NCBI GenBank assembly: GCA_030167145.1
Contig: CP126532.1
Coordinates: forward strand, 2,340,001-2,372,000
Length of the DNA: 32,000 nucleotides
Direction: 5' to 3'
Source: Ktedonobacterales bacterium
Lineage (GTDB): Bacteria; Chloroflexota; Ktedonobacteria; Ktedonobacterales; JADMIN01
Both the position numbers and the translations under genes were made by a program. Shown here one piece after another: positions 23,053 through 30,307 of the stretch. How positions within the stretch are numbered: the first letter of the stretch is position 1; each line of letters opens with the position of its first letter. Under the pieces are notes generated by a model that saw only the letters and a list, made by a program, of their open reading frames with translations, was not told where the DNA came from and did no database searches.

Positions 23053-23183
23053 AGGTCTGGCCTTTCTGCTGGTATCACGGCAATTTCGCATGCAGAACAC
23101 CACGATACCAACAGGATACCATAGAACATGGGGAGAGGGAGGTGTGATATGCGCCTCCCGGCTCGGACGGGCGCGACGCGGTG

Positions 23184-23582
23184 TTATGCGGGAAGGGCGA
23201 GGAGATCGGGTTCGACCCACTGCGCTCGTGCGGCGGCGCTGGCCATCGTCTCGCGCCGCCAATGGTGGTACGGCAGGTCTTTGTCGAGCAGTTGCGGAAA
23301 GGCCGCGAGGAACGTCGTGAACTCGGTAATATCGGGGCGGGCTTCCAGCATATGCGCGACGATGCGAATCCAGGACTGCGTGAGGGTCTCGTGGTACTTC
23401 TCCGCGTGTCCGTGGTGCGCGGCAAAGCGCTGGATGCCAGCCGTAATTGTCTGGGTGGCGTCCTCGCGGCCAAGCCGACGGATGAGAAACCAGGCCAGCC
23501 GCAGGTGGTCGCGATGATGAAACTGTTCGTTAGGCAGTGCGCCACTCAGGAAGGCTTGCGCGAAGTCTTCATCGTTCATCAT
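23184..23582 (-). CDS. hypothetical helical protein co-transcribed with marR-family gene
   Basis: ATG 23582 behind GGAGGAGGAA, overlapping the MarR stop (ATGA). 132 aa, His-rich (HHRDH, AAHHGHAEKYH). No family recognised. Confidence 0.65.
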   Translation of the reverse strand: MMNDEDFAQAFLSGALPNEQFHHRDHLRLAWFLIRRLGREDATQTITAGIQRFAAHHGHAEKYHETLTQSWIRIVAHMLEARPDITEFTTFLAAFPQLLDKDLPYHHWRRETMASAAARAQWVEPDLLALPA

Positions 23583-24004
23583 GTGAGTTCCTCCTCCAGA
23601 GCATGGAGCACCCGCAAGAAGCTGGCGATGTCGTCGGCATTGGTACGGGCGAGCACACGAGCTTCGATGGCGCGCAAGGTCGCGCTGATCTGGTCCGCGA
23701 TCTGCTGGCCCGCTGCGGTGAGTTGCACCAGCACCATACGGCGGGATGTGGGATGCGGCGCGCGTGCAACCCAGCCGCGCGCTTCCAGACGATCCAGCAG
23801 GCTGGTCAGGGTGGAGCGCTTGTGGCCGAAGCTGTGATGCAGGTCGTTGATGGAACACGGCGCGTGGTGGGCGAGATAGGCAAGCACGTGGGCATCGGCC
23901 TGGGTGAGGCCGATGCCATGGAAGGCGCGTTCGATTGCCAGCGCCACGGCGTGCGTGGCCCGCTCAATCGCTGGCACGATAAGCGGGGTGTCGTGCGTAT
24001 TCAT
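23579..24004 (-). CDS. MarR-family transcriptional regulator
   Basis: GLTQADAHVLAYLAHHAPCSINDLHHSFGHKRSTLTSLLDRLEARGWVAR is a MarR winged HTH. Start at ATG 24004 (MNTHD). Confidence 0.88.
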   Translation of the reverse strand: MNTHDTPLIVPAIERATHAVALAIERAFHGIGLTQADAHVLAYLAHHAPCSINDLHHSFGHKRSTLTSLLDRLEARGWVARAPHPTSRRMVLVQLTAAGQQIADQISATLRAIEARVLARTNADDIASFLRVLHALEEELT

Positions 24005-24014
24005 ACGATTACGT

Positions 24015-24043
24015 AGTATACGAACTCGTATCATTGATGTCAA
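24015..24043 (-). promoter_or_regulatory. consensus promoter TTGACA-17 nt-TATACT with embedded palindromic operator; near-leaderless marR transcript
   Basis: The minus strand reads TTGACA (24043-24038), 17-nt spacer, TATACT (24020-15). The ATG lies only 10 nt after the -10 box. Palindrome ATACGA-ac-TCGTAT at 24018-24031 overlaps the spacer and -10. Confidence 0.55.
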
Positions 24044-24059
24044 GGGCAGAGGTGCGCGG

Positions 24060-24476
24060 TCAGTCAGTTTCAGCGGGGGAGTTTGCCGTGATTTCGGCGA
24101 AGATCTCGTGGATGTTGCCATCGGGATCGGCAAAGCATGCGGTGTGCTGGCCCCACGGCATATCGGCGGGCGCGGTTATGGGTCGCGCGCCTTTGGCGAC
24201 CAGCGTGGCATAGGTGGCGTCTACCTCGGCGGGCGTGGCGCAGGGGAAGGCTAGCTCGAAGCTGTGGCCACGACTGGGTTCGCTATAGCCGGGGTCGCCG
24301 GTTATGTTGGCCATCTCTGTGCGAGCGCAGACTGAGAAGCGCACGCCTTGCGTCGCGAACTCGATGTATTCGCCGGAGTCATTCTTGACCGCCAACCCCA
24401 GGGCATCGCGGTAGAATGCCGCCAGGCGCGGCACGTCGTCGGTGAGGATGGTAATCAACGCGATAGTTGGCTGCAT
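24060..24476 (-). CDS. VOC-family (glyoxalase/bleomycin-resistance fold) protein
   Basis: 138 aa from ATG 24476 (RBS GGAGA). ...FYRDALGL...FELAFPC...MPWGQHTACFADPDGNIHEIF is typical of the VOC fold. Confidence 0.85.
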   Translation of the reverse strand: MQPTIALITILTDDVPRLAAFYRDALGLAVKNDSGEYIEFATQGVRFSVCARTEMANITGDPGYSEPSRGHSFELAFPCATPAEVDATYATLVAKGARPITAPADMPWGQHTACFADPDGNIHEIFAEITANSPAETD

Positions 24477-24657
24477 AGCGGTGTCTCCTTCTGGTCGGTG
24501 AAAAGTAACGATTGGAGCATCTGTTCCAGTGTAGCGCACAAATCCTGTCAGTTTCTGTCGGGAATCAGCAATGAATGGAGATATTGCGCGAGAGTATTCC
24601 AACTGCGAGATGGCACCAGCGTACATGGGAGCAGTGCCACGACAAGGAGGGTTTCCG

Positions 24658-25296
24658 ATGCGCCGTAGCAATGCGCCGTCCTGGCGGATCGCGTGTGACT
24701 TCCCCGAAGACCTGCAATTCGCGGCATACATCGGCCAGCAAGAGCAGTTCAGCCTCGCGTCCGATGCGCCCCCGCGCGATGCCGCCGAGAGGGCGTGGCG
24801 CGTGTGGTGGGAAGCGCTGCCGCACTGGCTTGAGGAGCGCGACATGCAAGCGCAGCAGATGGAGCGAGCGACACCACCCGTATCCGCGCAGGAGCAGATG
24901 CGCCAGATTGGTGCGCTGTACACCGCGCGCTACGATCCGCCGGATTTCGCGTCGCTCGCCGCAACGCCCGCGCTGCGCGATCTCTGCCGCCAGCACTGGC
25001 CGGTGTTTCAGATGCTCTGGTCGCCCCCTGGCGGCGAGAAGATGGTTCTCGCGACGATGCTCGGCGATCAACTGCGCAATGTGGCGCTAAACCGCATGGT
25101 GCGCGACTGCGCGAGGGTCGCCGGGAAGCGTGAGAGCGCGCCCTTTTTGCTGCGAATAGACTTCACACGCTGGCCAGCGGACTACCTGCGCGTGCTCTCC
25201 AACACCCATATTATGCTTGGCGCGGGCTATCTGGCCGCAGCGCGGATGGCGGACTTCGCGGGGCTGCTGCGCGAGTATGTGGCGCTGCTGGTGTGA
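24658..25296 (+). CDS. hypothetical protein (212 aa)
   Basis: ATG 24658 lies 7 nt after AGGAGG. GC3-rich codon pattern. No domain recognised. Confidence 0.6.
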   Translation: MRRSNAPSWRIACDFPEDLQFAAYIGQQEQFSLASDAPPRDAAERAWRVWWEALPHWLEERDMQAQQMERATPPVSAQEQMRQIGALYTARYDPPDFASLAATPALRDLCRQHWPVFQMLWSPPGGEKMVLATMLGDQLRNVALNRMVRDCARVAGKRESAPFLLRIDFTRWPADYLRVLSNTHIMLGAGYLAAARMADFAGLLREYVALLV

Positions 25297-25318
25297 GCGC
25301 GAGATTGCCGACCGCTTA

Positions 25319-25327
25319 TGCTATAAT
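25319..25327 (+). promoter_or_regulatory. extended -10 promoter element TGcTATAAT
   Basis: TG at 25319-20 and TATAAT at 25322-27, about 120 nt upstream of ATG 25451. No good -35. Confidence 0.4.
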
Positions 25328-25450
25328 GTATACGAGGGGACGCTGTATAAGTCACGCGCAAGAGCCTCCAAAACGAGTGATATAACCCCGGACAGCACTT
25401 CATAACGATCGCTGGGATGTTCACAGAGGTGTCTCAGAGGAGTAAGGTAA

Positions 25451-26146
25451 ATGGCGCAACCTGGGGATGTTTTATCTTTTCTCGACATGTGTCAAGAGGA
25501 AGGCGGAAATCTTCAGCGCGGTATGAATTATCACTTGCGCGGAGGATTGAGCGTCATCCTGATGAGTTTGCGACCAGGTGCGCCTTACAATGATCAAATT
25601 GCGGATAAAGGCAATGTGCTAATCTATGAGGGTCACGATGCAGTGCGTGTCCAGGGTGGATCTGACCCGAAAACAATCGATCAACCAATGCGTACCGCAG
25701 GTGGGACATTGACCCAAAATGGACAATTCTTCTATGCAGCCGTGGACTTCAACCATGGCCGGAGCGAAGCAGAATTAGTCAAAGTCTATGAGAAAATCAA
25801 AGACGGTATTTGGGTTTACAACGGCTTGTTTCGGTTAGTGGACGCTTGGAAAGAAAAGTACCAGGGTCGGTACGTCTTTAAGTTTCGTCTAGAGCTTAAT
25901 GAAGCGAATGGAGCTGCAAACAAACCAACAAGTCGTGAAATCGAGCATGTGCGTATAATCCCTACTGCAATAAAAATCGAGGTGTGGCGACGCGACGAAG
26001 GCCGCTGTGTGGTGTGCGGAAGCCAAGACAATCTACATTTTGACCACATCATCCCTTATTCTAAAGGGGGATCGTCGCTCATAGCATCAAATATCCAACT
26101 ACTGTGTGCTAGGCACAACCTAGCGAAGAGCGATAACATCGAGTAA
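25451..26146 (+). CDS. SRA(YDG)-like domain + HNH nuclease; probable type IV modification-dependent restriction endonuclease
   Basis: C-terminal HNH: CVVCGS...LHFDHIIPYSKGG...NIQLLCARHNLAKSD. The N-terminal ~150 aa (GLSVILMS..GAPYNDQ...NVLIYEGHD...DQ...VKVYEKIKDGIWVYNGLFRLVDAWKEKYQGRYVFKFRLE) follows the SRA pattern seen in SRA-HNH enzymes. AT-richer than flanks. Confidence 0.75.
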   Translation: MAQPGDVLSFLDMCQEEGGNLQRGMNYHLRGGLSVILMSLRPGAPYNDQIADKGNVLIYEGHDAVRVQGGSDPKTIDQPMRTAGGTLTQNGQFFYAAVDFNHGRSEAELVKVYEKIKDGIWVYNGLFRLVDAWKEKYQGRYVFKFRLELNEANGAANKPTSREIEHVRIIPTAIKIEVWRRDEGRCVVCGSQDNLHFDHIIPYSKGGSSLIASNIQLLCARHNLAKSDNIE

Positions 26147-26158
26147 GGAATCATTTTC

Positions 26159-26227
26159 GTGATTCGCGCCGTCTACTTCGACCTCGACGATACGCTCGCC
26201 GATAGCGCCTTTCCTCAGTGGACATGA
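26159..26227 (+). pseudogene. 22-codon remnant of a HAD-hydrolase N-terminus
   Basis: GTG ATT CGC GCC GTC TAC TTC GAC CTC GAC GAT ACG CTC translates to VIRAVYFDLDDTLADS (HAD motif I DxDxT), then a stop after 22 codons. Confidence 0.5.
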
Positions 26228-26260
26228 CTGTATGGCTGGCCAAACATCACGGTAACGAGC

Positions 26261-26572
26261 TTAGCGGGTTTCGCTGGGAGTAGGGTGTTGAGGTAGGAGA
26301 CCGATAAGTCCCCTGAGCGCGCGATTGACCGCTTCCGAATCTGGGAAATACGCACGCACATCTGGATCTAGCACAACGGTTCCCGCTCGCGGCGCAATTT
26401 CACGGACTTCCCTCGTGCCGTCGCTTCTCTGGATGACCATCGTATAGCCGTTGCGCATAGCTATGGCATGTTTGCCTTGTATACTGTGCGAAAAGTCATA
26501 TTCTGGAGCCATACTGTCGTCTTGGTCCTGTTGATCCTGTTGGTCTTGACCACTAGATCTCTTGTTGCTCAT
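26261..26572 (-). CDS. brnA: BrnA-like antitoxin
   Basis: ATG 26572 behind GGAGA. PEYDFSHSIQGKHA... and VVLDPDVRAYFPDSEAVNRALRGLI match the antitoxin pattern usually paired with DUF497/BrnT toxins. A QDQQDQQDQDD low-complexity insert is present. Confidence 0.65.
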   Translation of the reverse strand: MSNKRSSGQDQQDQQDQDDSMAPEYDFSHSIQGKHAIAMRNGYTMVIQRSDGTREVREIAPRAGTVVLDPDVRAYFPDSEAVNRALRGLIGLLPQHPTPSETR

Positions 26573-26735
26573 AGGTTCTCCGTTCGGCTCCGGTGGCCAG
26601 TCGGCAACTAATGATGCGAATGGTTTCATCTTGTTCGGTGTAGATTACCACGAGGAGACGGTGCCTCGTGGAGTAGCGCGCGTCACAGGAAACGCTGAGT
26701 GGTATACTGGCTGTGCGTGATGGGAGGGCGATATG
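26553..26735 (-). pseudogene. brnT: 5'-truncated brnT (DUF497) toxin remnant
   Basis: My translation reads ...DARYSTRHRLLVVIYTEQDETIRIISCRLATGAERRTYEQQEI-stop, matching the C-terminal half of BrnT (vv.t.r...iRIISaR.At..Er..Y). The frame is closed by TAG at 26736-38, has no plausible start, and the N-terminal ~35 aa are missing. Confidence 0.55.
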
Positions 26736-26948
26736 CTAGACGAGCGACTTCAGGGACTCCTGCAACATCTCGAACAACTTGCGCCCGATCAGCAGCAGAG
26801 GCTCGCAGACTACATTGAGGAATGGCTGGATGAGTTGGAATGGCAACGCATCCTCAACGAGCCAGGTCCAGATGCGTTGTATGAGGCTGCTATCAAGGAA
26901 ATGCAATTAGGGGAGACACATCCCCTGCGGCGCTGGGATTTCGTATAA
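26733..26948 (+). CDS. orphan antitoxin-like protein, paralog of 22825-23052
   Basis: RBS GGGAGGG before the ATG. LLQHLEQLAPDQQQRLADYIEEWLDELEWQRILNEPGPDALY aligns with AAAEKLPPNEQEQLAALWEETLLDNVRWHELFRQPGSQAFF. No toxin ORF follows. Confidence 0.55.
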   Translation: MLDERLQGLLQHLEQLAPDQQQRLADYIEEWLDELEWQRILNEPGPDALYEAAIKEMQLGETHPLRRWDFV

Positions 26949-26984
26949 GAGGCATAAGCTCCCGTATACCCAGTATATACGGCC

Positions 26985-27359
26985 ATGATGAGCACTCCAA
27001 TGACGAATGACGCATTAACACGATTGCGCGCCATCTGTCTGGCCTACCCTGAAGCGACTGAGCAAGGCGGGGTGGGCGACCCGACGTTCAAGGTGCGCAG
27101 CAAGATCTTCGCCATGCGGCACGGCATGGATGGGCGCATGTCTCTGTGGCTCAAGGCGCCGCCGGGCGCGCAGGATGTGCTGGTGCGGTCGGATTCAGCG
27201 CGCTACTTCGTGCCGCCGTATGTGGGGCATCATGGGTGGGTGGGCGTGTGGCTGGATGTTGCGGTCGATTGGGATTTTGTGGCGGACCTGATAGACGAAA
27301 GTTACCGCATGACCGCGCCCAAACGGCTGGTTGCGCTGCTGGATCAGCAGCTTTCCTGA
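26985..27359 (+). CDS. MmcQ/YjbR-family DNA-binding protein
   Basis: LRAICLAYPEATEQ...DPTFKVRSKIFAM...FVPPYVGHHGWVGVWLD...IDESYRMTAPKRL is typical of the YjbR family. Confidence 0.85.
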   Translation: MMSTPMTNDALTRLRAICLAYPEATEQGGVGDPTFKVRSKIFAMRHGMDGRMSLWLKAPPGAQDVLVRSDSARYFVPPYVGHHGWVGVWLDVAVDWDFVADLIDESYRMTAPKRLVALLDQQLS

Positions 27360-27467
27360 GAGAAGCACGAGCCAGCCTATCTGGAAAGAAGCAAATCCGG
27401 CGTGGCCTCCGTGCCACACCGGACCCTACTCACTTCGCCGCTCTGTCGCGCAGTTTGCTAGGATGCG

Positions 27468-27938
27468 CTAGGAGGCGCGCAGCAAACCGAGCGTCGCTTC
27501 GATGTCACCCCAGACCTGCTGCCGCCGCGTCTCATAGGTCGCTGGGCGCGCGGCTGGCTCTTCGCGGACCAGCAGCCAATCGCGCAGCGCCTCGGCCCAG
27601 ATCTCCTCCGGGCGGCGGCCCATGCGCTCCGCTTCGCGGGCCGTTTCGCGCAACAGCCGGATCTCCAGCCCGCGTTTCGCGCGGCGCTGCGCCTTGGCCA
27701 GCGGCCCAGATTGCGCCGCCCGCTCGACCGCCTCAAAGTGGCGCAGCGCGCCGTAATCCAGGCTGGCGCTACCCAGCCCATAGCCATCCGGCGCGATATG
27801 TACCTGCCGCGCCGCCGCCACCGCGCTGGCCACCCGTGGCCGCGAGAGCACCGCTGCCCGCCGCCCTGTGCTCCGTTCTCCGTTCGATTCGACGGCGCGC
27901 TCTGTCCGCGCCGCCTGCCTCTGCCACCAGAAATGCAT
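27468..27938 (-). CDS. hypothetical protein with possible ribbon-helix-helix (CopG-like) segment
   Basis: ATG 27938 lies 8 nt after GGAG, with GC3-rich codons. KRGLEIRLLRETAREAERMGRRPEEIWAEALRDWLL resembles an RHH strand-helix-helix. Two other overlapping ORFs here look like Arg-rich artefacts. Confidence 0.5.
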   Translation of the reverse strand: MHFWWQRQAARTERAVESNGERSTGRRAAVLSRPRVASAVAAARQVHIAPDGYGLGSASLDYGALRHFEAVERAAQSGPLAKAQRRAKRGLEIRLLRETAREAERMGRRPEEIWAEALRDWLLVREEPAARPATYETRRQQVWGDIEATLGLLRAS

Positions 27939-28085
27939 GACTGCCACTCCTCGCTCACTCGCTGATGTGCCGTCCACTGGAAACTCCGCACTCCATCACC
28001 GCGCTACGTTATAGAACTTATGTTCTAGATTATAGAACGCGGCACAGCCGGTGGAGGTAACGAATGGGACACTGAGAGATACGGG

Positions 28086-30023
28086 CTAGCCACCATTCCC
28101 ACCTTCGCCGCCATTCCCACCTTCGCCGCCATTCTGGCCAGCGCCCGGCGTGGTCACGGGGATTGGCGGCAGTGGTGGAATGAGCGTTGGCTGGTAGTCT
28201 GGCGTCGCGGTCGCGTCGGGATCGGGCGTGATGGTTGGGGTGGGTTCAGGCGTGGTGGTTGGCTGCGGCGTCGGGGTGGGGAGCGCCACATTCACTGTGA
28301 AGTACACGTCATCGGTGGCGAAGAGCGCGCCGTCGTGCGCCATATTCAGCCACGCCTGATAGACCCCTGGCCGCGTCGGCGCGACCAGTGTCAGCGTGAA
28401 CGTGACGGTGCGTCCGGGATTCACCTGGTAGTCACCCAGGCTCACGTACAGCCCAGGCGGGCAGTTCGCATGTGGGTGGCGAATCGTGTCGCAGATCAGC
28501 CGGTACGCGCCTTGCTCCGTCCACGCTGATACGCCGGAGTTCAGCAGCGTGAAGACCACCATGAAGGTCTGCTGCGGCGCAACATTCGGCGGCGCGGTGA
28601 GTGTCACCAGTGATGCTTTATCTGCTGAGGCGGGCGGCTGGAGCACCGTTGGTGTCATGGGTAGGGTCGTGGGGGTTGCGGTTGGCGCGGGTGCGCCTCC
28701 TGGTTGCGATGCTTGCGTGTTCGTCGCCAGTGGCGCTGAATTCGAGTTGGTGGGCGCCCCATCGTAGCCGTACAACGTGCCCAGCGGCTTCGCGCCAATC
28801 GCCAAGACGACAGCCACCATGAAGAGCGCGGCGCACGCCCCAAATATGCCGAGCTTGCGCCAGATGCGGCGACGTGGCGGTTGCGGCGGCGCGGCGGAGA
28901 TGACGACTGGCGCGTAGCCGTAGGGCTGCGCGTCGTAGGTTGGCGCGATGCCACCCGCGAGTCGCGTGCCCATAGGGCGCAACTGCGCGCCACGCCGCGC
29001 CGCCAGTTCGCGCGGCGACCAGACGGCGGAAACGCCTGCTCCCCCGCGCTTGCGCCAGCGTCCGCGTGCGCCCTGCCCTGGCAGCAGCACTTCCACATCG
29101 GGCACGCTCGTCAGGTCGCGCGCCGTGGCGTCCACCTCGTCATCCAGGCCCGCGCGCAGCGCCGCCGCGAATGCCGCCACTGAGGGGAAGCGTTGCGCGG
29201 GATTCCTGGCCAGCGCCCGATGAATCGCCGCCGCTATCGCCAGCGGGACCGCTGGATTGAGCGAGCGCAGCGGCGCGGGTGTGCCGTAGAGATGGCCGCG
29301 CATCTGCGCCGCCATGTCGCCCAGATACGGCGTGCGACCGGCGAGCAACTGATATGCGATCACGGCGAGTGAATACTGGTCGCTGGCGGGGCTTGCCGCG
29401 CCCTGAAACTGTTCTGGAGCCATGTAGGCCACGGTGCCGAAGACGACGCCATCTTCCGCCGGAGTTCCCACATCACCCGCGATGCCAAAATCGGCCAGCA
29501 ACAGACGCCGCTGTCCGCTTGGATCGGCTTCTACCAGCACATTGCCCGGCTTCACATCGCGATGTATGACGCCGTGATCGTGCGTATATTGTAGCGCCGC
29601 CGCGATTTGGCCGATCAGCCGCACCGCCAGCGGCACTGAGGTGGGCAGACGCAGCGTATGCGACGCGCGCCCGCGAATCGCGTCGGCGAGCGAGCCTTCG
29701 CTCGCGTACCGCATGACCAGATACAGGCAGTCACGGTCTATGCCCGCGTCATGCACCGGCAGGATATTGGGATGGGTGAAGTGCGCCAACAGCCGCCCTT
29801 CGCGCAGAAACCGCGCCCGCACGTCGGCGCGCTCACCCGTGGAGAGCGCTTGCAGCGAGCCGTCTTCAGGCCGCACCAGTTTCACCGCCACCTGCCGGTC
29901 GCCCAGGCGTATCTGCTCGCCCAGATAGACCTCGCCCATGCCGCCCTTGCCCAGGCGGCGCGTGAGCCTGCACCCGCCGATGGTCTGGCCCACAAGCTCC
30001 GGTTCGGCGGTTAGATGTGGCAT
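28086..30023 (-). CDS. transmembrane Ser/Thr protein kinase with extracellular Ig-like (NBR1-like) domain and Gly/Asn-rich tail
   Basis: Hanks kinase motifs GKGGMGEVY, VAVK, HRDVKPGNVL, DFG, APE. TM LGIFGACAALFMVAVVLAIGA. Extracellular FMVVFTLLNSGVSAW...VTFTLTLVAPTRPGVYQAWLNM. Tail GGEGGNGGEGGNGG. Start taken at ATG 30023 (alternative 30047). Confidence 0.9.
   Translation of the reverse strand: MPHLTAEPELVGQTIGGCRLTRRLGKGGMGEVYLGEQIRLGDRQVAVKLVRPEDGSLQALSTGERADVRARFLREGRLLAHFTHPNILPVHDAGIDRDCLYLVMRYASEGSLADAIRGRASHTLRLPTSVPLAVRLIGQIAAALQYTHDHGVIHRDVKPGNVLVEADPSGQRRLLLADFGIAGDVGTPAEDGVVFGTVAYMAPEQFQGAASPASDQYSLAVIAYQLLAGRTPYLGDMAAQMRGHLYGTPAPLRSLNPAVPLAIAAAIHRALARNPAQRFPSVAAFAAALRAGLDDEVDATARDLTSVPDVEVLLPGQGARGRWRKRGGAGVSAVWSPRELAARRGAQLRPMGTRLAGGIAPTYDAQPYGYAPVVISAAPPQPPRRRIWRKLGIFGACAALFMVAVVLAIGAKPLGTLYGYDGAPTNSNSAPLATNTQASQPGGAPAPTATPTTLPMTPTVLQPPASADKASLVTLTAPPNVAPQQTFMVVFTLLNSGVSAWTEQGAYRLICDTIRHPHANCPPGLYVSLGDYQVNPGRTVTFTLTLVAPTRPGVYQAWLNMAHDGALFATDDVYFTVNVALPTPTPQPTTTPEPTPTITPDPDATATPDYQPTLIPPLPPIPVTTPGAGQNGGEGGNGGEGGNGG
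28093..28128. repeat. 18-bp tandem duplication inside the kinase 3' end
   Basis: ccattcccaccttcgccg x2 (plus a partial copy) encodes the GGNGGE repeats. Confidence 0.85.
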
Positions 30024-30307
30024 CCCATGCCCGCTTTCCTTCTCCATAGGGGTCAACCTTGTAGATGGCTGCTGGTGGCGCTGTGCGATGGAAGATTGTG
30101 GCGTGTCTCTTCTGTGCAACCCCCATGCCAACAAGCGCGGCAGTATGTGTCAATTCGCCACGAATAGACATAATGGGCATCTCATCCAAACCCCGACCTC
30201 CGACTGTACGTATTCTATTCCGCAACGGAGTACCGTTCTCCCGTTGCGCGACCGGCCAGGACAGGCTGCGAGCAACGCGAGCAACCAGAACACGAGGGCA
30301 CACCCCC

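Noticed and set aside
26949-26984. Toxin gene remnant expected downstream of the orphan antitoxin 26733-26948.
   Set aside because: Only 36 nt separate it from the YjbR-family gene, and no reading frame resembling the 22562-22828 toxin is visible.
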